NCBI RefSeq assembly: GCF_963921235.1
Contig: NC_086097.1
Span: 141,982,001-142,046,000 of the forward strand
Source: Mobula hypostoma
Taxonomy: Eukaryota
DNA: 64,000 nt
Direction of reading: 5' to 3'
Below are positions 1-11,709 of this stretch, piece by piece. A model generated the notes under the pieces. It was not told where the DNA came from, did not search any database, and saw only the letters and a list, made by a program, of their open reading frames with translations. The stretch's first letter is position 1; the number at the start of each line of letters is the position of its first letter. Position numbers and translations under genes: made by a program.

Positions 1-310
1 GAGAAAAGCCCTAGCTTGCTCAACCTACCTTCATAAGATATGCATTCTAGTCCAGTCAGCATTCTGTAAATCTCCTCTGCACCCTCTCTAAAGCTTCAGC
101 GTCCTTCCTATATTGAGGACACCGGAGCCAAAATCAATATTCTAAGTGTGGTCTAATCAGGGTTTTATAGAGCTGCAACATTACTACTTGGCTCTTGAAC
201 TCAATCCCCTGACTAATGAAGGCCAACATAGCAACCTTCTTAACAACCGTATCAATTGCACACGTGTACTCCACATTGCTAAGAATCCTGCAATTAATCT
301 TGTATTCTAC
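1..310 (-). mobile_element. CR1-clade LINE fragment
   Basis: LQLYKTLIRPHLEY motif of the CR1 ORF2 C-terminus. Confidence 0.85.
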
Positions 311-324
311 CTTCAACTTCAACC

Positions 325-998
325 AGCAAATTTATGGATGACACCGAGACCTGGGGTGTAGTGGACAGCGAGGCAGTCTATTAGGTCTGGACCAGCTGGA
401 AAAATGGCAGATGGAATTTAATGTAGACAAGTGCGAGGTGTTGCACTTTGGTGGGACTAACCAGGGTAGGTCTTACACAGGACACTGAGGAATGCTGTAG
501 AGCAAAGGGATCTGGGAATTCAGGTCCATAATTTGTTGAAAGTAGAGTCACAGGTAGGTAGAGTCGTAAAGAAAACTTTTGGCACATTGGGGTACAGGAG
601 ACGGGATGTTATATTGAAGTTAATGATGACTAATTTGGAGTATTGTGTGCAGTTTTGGTCACCTTCCTAAGGGAAAGATGTAAAAGATGGAAAGATGGTT
701 GAAAGAGTACAGAGAAAACTTACAAGGATGTTGCCTGGACTGGAGAACCTGAGTTATAACGAAAGATTGAATAGGTTAGACTTCATTCCTTGGAACATAG
801 AGATTGAGAGCAGATTTGATAGGGATGCACAAAATTATGAGGGGTGTAGATAGGGCAAATGCAAACAGGCGTTTTCCACTGAGGTTGGGCAGGTCTGCAA
901 ATTAAGGTCATGGGTTAAGGATGAAAGGTAAAAAGTTTAAGGGGAACATAAGGGGAAACTTTTTTAGTCAGAGTCGTGAGAGTGTTGAATGAGCTGCC
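325..998 (+). mobile_element. CR1-clade LINE fragment (degenerate RT 3' part)
   Basis: KFMDDT, WQMEFNVDKCEVLHFG, LEYCVQFWSP in broken frames. Confidence 0.85.
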
Positions 999-1670
999 GT
1001 AACAATATGATTGTGTCATCAGAGCTGCTGCCATGATTTCATTTTCATTTTAAAATCTTTTTTATTGATCATTAGAAATCAACAAAAATACATTAAGATA
1101 ATCAAGTCAATATGTCAATATGTACAATAAAGAATTAAATTAGCAAATAGCTGATTAACAAAGCCAAGCAATATATCAATAATAATAAGAAAAAATAGTG
1201 TTAAGAATTTTTTTGGAAGGAAAAAAAGAACCCCTACTAACTAAGGAAAAAAACCCACTAACTAAAGAAAACTGAAAAAAAACCCCATTGGGAGCACAAC
1301 CCCGGAGCTATATGCCATACAAGCTTCCATAAGAGAAAAACATCAATCTGCCAATTCAAATCCATTTAAACAAAAATCGGAAGGAAACCATATTGATTAA
1401 CTCAAATCAGATGATAATAGCGGGTAAATGAACCCCACCTTTTCTCGAAATCAAATGGAGGATCAAAAGTTTGACTTCTGATTTTCTCCAAACTAAGATA
1501 TAGCATCACCTGAGAGAACCATTGTATCAAAGTAGGAGCAGAAACATCTTTCCATTTCAACAAAATAGCCCTTCTGGCCAATAAATGTAACAAATGCAAT
1601 TACATGTTGGTTTGATAGAGAAATACCATGAATATATTGAGGGATTATACCAAACAAAACTGTCAATTTA

Positions 1671-1882
1671 AAAACGCAAACAACAGGAATTTGCAGATGC
1701 TGGAAATTCAAGCAACACACATAAAAGTTGCTGGTGAACGCAGCAGGCCAGGCAGCATCTCTAGGAAGAGGTGCAGTCGGCGTTTCAGGCCGAGACCCTT
1801 CGTTCTGAAACGTCGACTGCACCTCTTCCTAGAGATGCTGCCTGGCCTGCTGCGTTCACCAGCAACTTTTATGTGTGTTGCT
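1671..1882. mobile_element. Penelope-like terminal fragment forming an inverted-repeat hairpin
   Basis: 15-bp TSD AAAACTGTCAATTTA (1656-1670, 1883-1897); 78-bp arms 1711-1788 and 1805-1882; same sequence family as the 3' end of the GIY-YIG fragment at 31650-32220. Confidence 0.85.
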
Positions 1883-3711
1883 AAAACTGTCAATTTATTA
1901 GGTTGTAAATTAATTTTTAAAACTTGAGAAATTGTAGAAAAAATAGATTTCCAAAAATGTTTCAATACAGAACACGACCAAAACATATGTGTTAATGTAG
2001 CTGTTTTACATCTATCACACTGACTATCAACATTAGGAAACATTTTAGACAGTTTCTCCTTTGTCAAATAATAACAATGTACATTTTTAAATTGAATTAA
2101 AGAGTGACTGGCACAGATCGAAGAAAAATTAATCAACTTCAAAATCCGCAACCAATCCTCTGTTATCAAGGTCATGTTATGCTCTCTCTCCCATTCTTGC
2201 TTAATCTTAAGTGAAGGGTAATTGTGCTGTTGTAACAATAAATTATAAATTTTCCCAATAAAACCTTTCACTAAAGGGTTCATTTTTAAAGTAATTAATT
2301 GGTCAGAATCCTGTGTATATGGAAAATTACTTAAATATTCTTGTTAGAAGTGTCTGATCTGAAGATATTGCAGGAAATGTGAATACGAGAGAGAGTATTT
2401 AGTTACTAATTTTTCAAAAGACATCAATCAGCCATCTTGGAATAGATCCATGAAGGAATAAACTCCTTTATTCCTCCAAAGAGGAAAGGTAGGATCACTT
2501 AATGTAGGTTTAAATAAATAATTTCAATAAATTAAACTAAAAAGTTTAAATTTTTTAAGATTAAAAAAATTATGAAACTGGAACCAAATTCATAATGACT
2601 GCTTAATTACAGGATATAAATTTAAATTAGCAATTTTGGCCAGTTGTACAGGTAGAGAAACTCTTGATAACAAGGTTAAGTGAAACTGTTTCACAGCTTT
2701 CAATTCCAAATCAGCCCAAGGTGGTCGTTCATTTTTATCAGCCCAATATAACCAAAAACACATATAACATATATTAACAGCCCAATAATACATTCTTAAA
2801 TTAGGCAGAGCAAGACCTCCATCTTCATTTAATTTTTGTAAAAGATATTTACTAATTCTTGGTCTTTTATTATTCCAAACAAAAGATGAAATAATAGAGT
2901 CAACCTGATCAAAATGCTTCTTAGTTTTAAAAAAAGGATATTTTGAAATACGTATAAAAATTTTGGTAGAATCATCATTTTAACTGCACGAATTTGGCTG
3001 GCTAACGAAAGTGTAAGTGGATTCCATCTACAAAATAATTGCTTCATAAAATCTACTGAAGGAACCAAATTAGCTTGATAAAGGTCTTTATGATTTTTAG
3101 TAATAATAATACCTAAATATTTAAAAGAGTCCATAACTCTAAAAAGGTTTAATTTATATCCCGAAAACTTACTGAACTCGTTTAATAGTTTCAATAAACT
3201 AGGAATGGATTCTTCAGGATTCAAAATATAAACTGAAGGATCATCAGCATAAAGGGAGATCTTATGAATAGTCCCATTTATGGAAATTCCATGGATATCT
3301 TCAGCTTCACGAAGTGCAATGGCCAAGGGTTCCAGCACCAAATTAAATAACAAGGAACTTCACGGACATCCTTGTCTTGTGCCCTGCGAAAGCCGAGAAA
3401 AAGGAGATCTGCAATTATTGGTAATAACAGTAGCAATAGGGCTTTTATATATCATTCTGATCCGCTTATTAAAATTAATACCAAAGCCGAATTTCTCTAA
3501 AACGTTAAATAAGTATTTCCATTCAACTCTGTCAAATGCCTTTTCAGCATCAAAAGAGACAACACATTGGGGAGTCTTAGAAAAGGATGAATATATAACA
3601 TTTAACAGTCTCTGAACATTAGAGAAGGAATGACGGCCCTTTATAAAACCTGTTTGGTCCTGAAAGATAATTTTAGTTAGAATATTCTCCAGCCAATTAG
3701 CCATTATTTTT

Positions 3712-6221
3712 CTTTCTTTTTAAATCTTTTTATTGAATTAGTACACAAAAGGTAAACCATGTAGAAACTAATATGCTGCTGCGATATAAATTTACAAGAG
3801 ATATTAATACACAAAAAAATGGTACAAACAGTGCAGTTTAGATATAAAATAACAAGGTAATATAATAGTATACTAATTTTCCATACATATCAATAAAGAG
3901 AAGAAAAAACCCAAAAAAAACCTCCAAAAAAACCCACCGTGCAACTAATCTGAAAAGCAAAGCAAAGCAATGGGCTAACTAGGTATCAAGTAGACTTAAA
4001 CAACTTAAAACAATCACGTCCTCAAACCCGACCTCCATTAAAAACAGTTAAAAAGCAAGAAGGGAATGTAAATATGGGCAAAGAGGAAAAAAAAAAATTA
4101 AATTACTTTAAATGAAAATGTTGAATAAAAGATCTCCAGGTATGTTCAAATTTAACTGAAGTATCATAAAGATTACTTCTGATTTTCTCCAAATTTAAAC
4201 ATAGTATCGTCTGAGAAAACCAAAAGAACGTAGTTGGGGCATTAATCTCCTTCCAATGTTGTAAAATACGTCTTTTCGCCATTAAAGTAAGAAATGCAAT
4301 CATTCTACGGGCTGAAGGGGAAAGATTACTGGAAATTTTAGGTAGTCCAAAGATAGCAGTAATAGGATGGGGAGAAATATCTGTATTCAATACCTTTGAG
4401 ATAATATTAAAAATGTCTTTCCAAAAAGTTTCCAGAGTAGGACAGGACCAAAACATATGAGTTAAGGAAGCTATCTCCCCATGACATCTGTCACAAAGAG
4501 GGTTAATATGAGAATAAAAACGAGCTAATTTATCTTTGGACATATGTGCTCTATGAACAACTTTAAATTGAATTAGGGAATGTTTGGAACAGAGAGAGGA
4601 AGTATTGACTAATTGTAAAATATGCGCCCAGTCATCCGCCAAAATAGTAAAGCCCAATTCCTTTTCCCAATCTGACCTAATCTTATCAAATGGAGCTTTC
4701 CTAAGTTTCATGATAGTATTATAAATAATAGCCGTTACACCTTTCTGACATGGGTTAAGGTTAATTATAGTATCTAAAATATATGTAGGAGGTAACGTCA
4801 GAAAGGAAGAGAGTATAGTACTTAGGAAATTTCTAATTTGGAGGTATCTAAAAAAATGTATTCTTGGTAAATTATATTTGTTAGATAATTGTTCAAAAGA
4901 CATAAGGGAGCCATCTAAAAATAAATCCAAAAACCGTGATATACCCTTAGTCTTCCAAATTTGAAAGGCACGGTCCGTAGAAGAGGGGGGAAAGAATATG
5001 TTACCTAAAATAGGAATTGCAAGCCCAAATTGGTTAAGATCGAAAATTTTTCGGAATTGAAACCAAATACGTAAGGTATATTTTACTATCGGGTTACAAA
5101 CCTGTTTATGGCATTTCAAATCGAAAGGAAGAGAAGAACCTAAAATGGAGCCAAGTGCATAACCTTGAGCAGATTGTAATTCCAATACTACCCATTTAGG
5201 AATGGATAATGTATCTTGGTCAAGTAACCAAAATTTCATGTGTCGAATATTAATTGCCCAATAATAGAATCTAAAATTAGGTAATGCCAAACCTCCATCT
5301 CATTTAGCTTTCTGTAGATGTATTCTACCCAGTCTCGGGTTTTTATTTTGCCAAATAAATGAAGAAATTTTAGAGTCAACTTTGTCAAGAAAGGATTTTG
5401 GAACAAAAATCAGTAATGCCTGAAATACATATAAAAATTTTGGCAGAATAAACATCTTAACAGCATTAATACGACCAATCAAAGTTAAATAAAGTGGAGA
5501 CCATTTAAATGAAAGTTGTGTAATGTGATCAATTAAGGGTAGGAAATTAGTCTTAAATAAATCCTTATGTTTACAGGTAATTTTAATCCCAAGATATGAA
5601 AAATGATTATTAACCAATTTAAACAGGAGGTTCTGATATAAGGGAACTTGCTTATTAATCGGGAAAAGTTCACTGTTACTGAGATTTAATTTATAACCTG
5701 AAAAAAGACTAAATTGTGCTAATAAATCTAAAGCTGCAGGAATAGATTTTTGAGGATTAGAAATATGTAAAAGTAAGTCATCAGCATAAAGTGATACCTT
5801 ATGAGACTTCAAACCACGAGTTATACCAATAATATTTGGAGATTCTCGAATAGCAATTGTAAGAGGTTCTAATGCAATATCAAATAATAAAGGACTAAGA
5901 GGACAACCTTGTCTGGTACCTCGAAAAAGAGGGGAAAAAGGTGAATTTAAAGAGTTAGTATGAACTGAGGCCATAGGAGAATGATATAACAATTTGATCC
6001 AGGATATAAATTTCGGGCTGAAGTTAAACATTTCGAGCACCTTAGATAAGTAAGGCCATTCGACTCTGTCGAAGGTTTTTTCAGCGTCTAGGGAAATGAC
6101 GCATTCAGGATCATTTTGTGACGGGGTATAGACAATGTTAAACAGTGTACGAATATTATAAAAAGAGTAACGACTTTTAATAAAACCCGTTTGGTCTTCC
6201 GAGATAATATAAGGAAGTGCT
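3712..6221 (-). mobile_element. L1 LINE 'B', 3' (non-inverted) segment: RT, CCHC, 3'UTR, tail
   Basis: ALPYIISEDQTGFIK, GTRQGCPLSPLLF, LYADD, CDRC...THMFWSC; AATAAA 3729-3734 (-); left TSD AGCCATTATTTTT 3699-3711. Confidence 0.92.
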
Positions 6222-7701
6222 CTACTGGAAGAGACTTCCGGTAGACCTCATGGAGCGAAGTCGTGTTCTTGACTCGCTCCATTACCTCTGAGCTTTATCC
6301 TATGATCAGCTACATTTAAGCTAACTTTTAAGGCACCGACTTTTACAATGCCTTGCAGCGGATTGCTATTATATATTTGGATGTTTTTAAGGTCCGCTAT
6401 GTCTAAGAACGAGAAAGACGGCAAATCTCTGGTTAGACCGAAAGTTACCGACCCCCCTCCGATTGAACCAGTGGTAACTATGCAAGCTGTGTCGGATCTG
6501 ATTCGTGCAGAAATTTCAACTAAACCGCAGAAAATTATCGATGAAATTGATAAAATGAAAACATCTATCACGGAACATCAGACTGCTATATCTAATCTCC
6601 AAGTATCCACGCAACAAAGTGAACTCAAGATGGGGAAAATTGAAGAAACTATTACTGTAATGAAGAAAAAACTTGACTTTCTGACCTTTAAAAATTCTGA
6701 CTTAGAATGCAGAATGCGACGACAGAACATTTGAAGTATTGGTATTCGTGAAGCTGCTGAATCTGATGACCCTATAAAGTTTTTCTCTCAACTTTTAAAA
6801 GATTCATTTCCCACCTTATTTCCTGATCAACCACCACTATTGGATGGGGCTCACAGAGTCCCATTATATTCCCCTAAGTCAGATAAACCTCGGCATGTTA
6901 TTTTACGATTTCATTATTTTCAAGACAAGGAGAAGCTGCTTCGCTTTGCTCGACCTAAAGGTTACATTGATTTCTTGGATCTTTGCTTTCGATTGGTGGA
7001 AGATTTTAGTAAACAGGTTCGTGATCAACGTGTCCGTTACAGATCTGTGATGTCGTAATTCTACAAGATGGATTTAAAACCAGTGTTGCTTTATCTTGCA
7101 CGTTTGAGGATTCGATTGTCCGATGGGGCTTCCCGTTTTTTTGACTCTCCATTGGATGCCCAGAGTTACCTGGATCAACTCTTGCCTTCAACATCTTAAT
7201 CGCACTATTAAATCATCTTTGTTTGATCTCAGGCAGTTAATCTGTTGGGTTTAATTTTTTTTTTTGCTTTATATGAGGGCAGAAAAGTTTTGCCAAACTT
7301 TTTTTTTTAACTGCGTCATTCCTTTCTTCTTCCCTGGGGATTCTGGGTGGCAATTCCCACAGCATCATTTTACGTACATCCCTGGAGGCCTTAAACTTTG
7401 TAGTTTTCAAACGTACTTTTTGTAGTTTTCTTGGCTAGTCTATGCTAATATTTCATTTTCTTGTTTAATTATATGGTCTGTTGTAGGTTAACGGTTTTCT
7501 TTATATGTACCTGTTTTTTCTTTGTATTATATCGTTTTTGTTTTAATCAGTGTACTTTTTTTTATTCCTTTACTGTTTTATAACTTTAACTGATCTTTTT
7601 ATATATACACTTTTTTTTTAGTGAGCGTCTATCGGAAGTCATGGGGGTAGTTCTAGTGCTCGCTTCTTTCTGGCTGGTCTATCTTAGATTTAGCTTTGGG
7701 G

Positions 7702-8564
7702 TGTTACGTACCCCGTAACTGGGTTGCCAAACCAGCAGAAATGGATCACTCAGTTGGAGTCTGGATTACTAGAACCAAGAAAGTTCCATTAAAGAAACAA
7801 GCAACACAGTAATCGAAAGGATAATAAATGCAACAGTTCAGCAATGATAACCACACATGTGCACAGAACCAAGACAACAGCATCAATCAAGCTCTATCGC
7901 GGTCTAGGGGCAAATGACCAAATTTCAAAGTGGCTCAAAGTTCAGTCCAGTTTAGTAGTTCAGTTCGCAGTAATCGTTGCCATGGCGATGGACAACGTGG
8001 GGGGAGAGAGAGGGGGAACAGGAACAACTGATCATTCAGACATGGCTTCACTCACAGACCGGCGATATGGCTCACAAGCAGCTTTTGGGCGGGTCCTTGG
8101 TGATGTCACCTGAGGTCACTGACTGTGACCCCTCCTCCAGATGCAGTCGATCCTCTGCAGTGAACCCGGCACCCAGGCAAGGGCGGACACACACCGGGTT
8201 CCCGCTGATCGTACCTTTCCACCCTGGCCGTTGTCTGATACTTCTCACCGACTCGTGAGAGGCGTACCGCTTCCAGGGTCTCGTTACCTCGGGTGTCGTG
8301 TGTGTCCTGCCTTAGCGAACCGGTCCCTTTTTATCCCCCTGCTGGGGTATCGCCTGTCCATCACTTCAAACAGTTCAAGGTTCAAAGGGGGGAGCCGCTC
8401 CAGACAGCTCTCTCTCCCCCGTCCCTTCATTACACATCTCCAGACGCTGCTCCATTGTTCCTTATCTCTCCTTCCCCTGAGGGCAGGTGGCAGACCACTT
8501 GCTGATGTCACTGATGCTAACCCAGGCCAGCAAACATCTTAATTTTATGTGTATTCTCGTCACA
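7702..8564 (-). repeat. 3' LTR
   Basis: TGTTAC...GTCACA; direct repeat of 11710-12572; adjacent PPT AAAGGGGGGAAG (8565-8576, - strand). Confidence 0.96.
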
Positions 8565-8881
8565 CTTCCCCCCTTTAAGGATTTTTACCGGGAGGTAAAA
8601 ATTACAAACATGAATACATTATTTGATACATACACAAATATACATCTTTATCAGCTATTTGGCTAACACAGCGAGTTTGAAGCTGTCAACACCTTGACAA
8701 ACAGTCATCATATTTTCTGTTCCTTTTACACGTGTTATTAATAATCCCTTAGACCAGGCTCCAACTCAGCGAACTTCATAGTGGCCAAAAACACTGATGA
8801 ATTGCGACCAATGTACCCTCTCATTTGGTTTTGTCCCGGACCACAATAACAAGGGTCGTCCCATTCCGACTCAGTTTTCTC

Positions 8882-11610
8882 TCACAAGGGCTTAGTAGGA
8901 GGGGGACGGGTATTGACCGCAGAGTTATTGCAAAACTTCCTGCAGTACCCCACCATCTCCAAGAGCCTTCTGAGGGCCCTCTTGTCTGTCAGGGTTGGGA
9001 GGTCAGCGATAGCCTGCACTGTAACTTGCATCGCTGCCAGCTGCCCCTGTGTCACCACAATTCCCAGGTAAGTGACCCTCGTGTGGCCGAATTCATTTTT
9101 TTCAAGGTTCACTATCAAGCTGGCTTCAGACAGCTGTATTAAATTGCCAATACACACCTCTGTGTTCATCAGCCCTTTAGTCACTGAATTACTCATTATA
9201 TATCGGTGTTCTTTACTAGGCTGCCCTATTGTAACAGACATCACCCAACGTCCCAGTTCTTTGCATTTCCTCGGGACAATCAAACACACGGGTGCGAGTC
9301 GTTTAATTACTTCTTCTAAAGATTCGCTTTGTTCGGGGATTAAGGGAGAGACTTTATCAGTAGACCTGGCCAAAACAATAGCCTTCTCCCATCTGATCGA
9401 TCCCATACTAATCTTTTCAAAATGTTTTTTTCCTCTTATCAGGGGGCCCCTAGCTTCATTGATTTCCACGCTAACACCGACTAGGTTTGTTAGCATATCA
9501 AAACCCGATGACCGTCTCAGTTCGCGTCGGTCATGATCAATAACATTCTTCCCCCTGGGCAGCCGGTAAATCTCTTTCATGATTCCACCAACTGTTTCCT
9601 TCAGCACCGCAAAATGTCCACCGGGGGGTACCTCGTGGGCCATGTTAAAAACCTCATCCCCATAACTCTTTTGCACCACCCCCCATTCCTCATCTGCGGG
9701 GACTGTACTTGATTTCCCTTTTTTCCTTAGCACTTCCTTCTCCACACAATAGTTTACTAGTTCCCTTGTTAAAGCTGTGTCAGAGAGAGCTGTCTCTGCC
9801 ACAACCATCAGCCCCTCGTCTCGCTCCTGCGTCTGCACAAATTCTTTCCTGGCTACTGCTACGTCCGTCCCAGCTCCCTCACTACCTCTTGTCTCACTAC
9901 ACCCCGTCTCATACAAGGTTGGCAGAAACGTTTCAGCTAAATTCACTATCGCGGGCCCGTGATGAACCTGTGAGTCCATGGGCGGGGCCTCAATGCTGGC
10001 AGGCTGACCTGTCAATCTCACGACTGGGAACACGATTTCTCCGGCGATGTCATTACCGAGCAAGACTTCCACGCCTTTCATCGGTAATTCGGACCTCACC
10101 CCGATCGTGACTAGTCCAGAGACCAGGTTGCTTTGTAAGTGTATCTGGTGCAAAGGGACTGACTCTGTCCCTTCTCCAACACCTTTGACCTCTACCTCCC
10201 CAGTCTGGGTCTCTGAGCTAAACTCTAATACACTCTTCAGTATTAGTGACTGACACGCTCCCGTGTCTCTCCAGATCCGCACTGGAACTGGTTTTAACCC
10301 CTCCTTCACTGACACCAGTCCGGCCGAGATAAACCTCTCGCGCCCTTCCTGGACTTTTTCAGACCTGTCCTTCCCTAGCGGTTCGCTTAACAGCTCGATA
10401 CAGCCATTCAAAATTTCCGCTTTTCCTTTCCCCGTCTCCTTCCTTGGGGCAAAGCACCTGGACGCAAAGTGTCCGACTTTCCCACAATTATAACAGACGA
10501 CCCCAGGAGACTTCCTACCAGACTGCTCCCGGTCTACCTTATCCTTTTCACTAGTCCCCGGCTTACTTTCTGACTTTTCCGGCGGACTCTCCCCGCCGTC
10601 CTGACTACCCTTCTGGTAGCCTTTACTGGGGGCAAACTTCGTTTTATGTGTCAACGTGTACTCATCCGCTAACTTAGCAGTTGCGGCTAACGTGGCTGCC
10701 TCTTTCTCATCGAGGTAGGGTCTCATACCCTCAGGGACACAACCTTTAAACTGCTCAATCAGGATCAGTTGTAGCAGTCTGTCATAATCCCCCTCTACCC
10801 CCTTCGAGGCGCACCAACGCTCACAATATGTCTGCATCTCTCGGGCAAACTCCAAATACGGGCGGTCCCACTGCTTCCTCGCATTCCGGAACCTCTGCCG
10901 GTATGCCTCCGGGACCAACTCATAAATCCTGAGGATGGCCTCTTTCACCACCTCATACCTCTGGGCATCTTCCGCGGACAAAGCTGAGTAAGCTTGTTGG
11001 GCTTTCCCTTTCAGTACACTCTGAAGTAAAACAACCCACTTATCCCTCGGCCAGTCCTGACTTATAGCCACTTTTTCGAAGTGGAGAAAGTACCGATCCA
11101 CGTCGGTATCGTCAAATGGGGGAACCAGCCTAACCTCCTGGGTCGCCTGGAACCCTCCACCTTGGTTCGGCACGAGCCCCTGCTCGGCCCTTATCTTTAA
11201 CTTCTCCAGCTCAAATTCCCTTTCCCTCTGTTTCCCTCTCTCTTCTCGCTCCCATTCTCCTCTCTCTCTAACTGTTTCTCTCTCTCTTTCTCTTCTCTCT
11301 CCCTTTCTAACTGCTTCTCTTCGTGTTCTAACTGCCGTACCCGGAACTCGTGCTCAAGTCTCAGTTTTTCAAGCTGCACCTGTACTGCGTCTCCAGCAGG
11401 TTTTTCAATAGACACCACCCCCAGCTCACCTTGGGGAAACACACCTTTAGATACATAGTGCTCTACAATAGCTCTGTGTATCTCCTCTCTCCTCATTGTC
11501 GACTTCACCTTAGCAAGATTCAACCGTTTGGCCACAGCTATCAATTCCGATTTCCTGGCATCCTCTAATGCCTCCAAGGTCGGCGCCTTTATAAATTCCT
11601 CAGCCTCCAT
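8882..11610 (-). CDS. Gag (coiled coil, SCAN-like capsid, CCHC knuckle)-protease with truncated integrase/RT remnants; one -1 frame break near 11230-11260
   Basis: ORFs 11197-11610 and 8882-11173; YELVPEAYRQRFR, LILIEQF, CYNCGKVGHFASRC, RDTGACQSL, AHEVPPGGHF, LIVNLEKNEFGHTRVTYLG, LRRLLEMVGYCRKF. Confidence 0.85.
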
Positions 11611-11686
11611 TTCTGCTGTTTGTCTTTTCTTTCTTTCGGGAATTTTAACCCAATCAATTTACTCCGTCCCAAATTTAGCGTTCAAA

Positions 11687-11705
11687 ATCCCGGACGAGAA
11701 CCCCA
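11687..11705 (-). promoter_or_regulatory. primer binding site, tRNA-Pro
   Basis: TGGGGTTCTCGTCCGGGAT versus canonical tRNA-Pro PBS TGGGGGCTCGTCCGGGAT, 4 nt inside the 5' LTR boundary. Confidence 0.88.
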
Positions 11706-11709
11706 CTTA

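Noticed and set aside
1493..1927. ORFs sharing the same peptide on both strands (ATHIKVAGERSRPG...)
   Set aside because: Artefact of the inverted-repeat insertion.
7844..8542. ORFs duplicated at 7977-8542 and 11982-12550
   Set aside because: Incidental frames in GC-rich LTRs; the duplication is just LTR identity.
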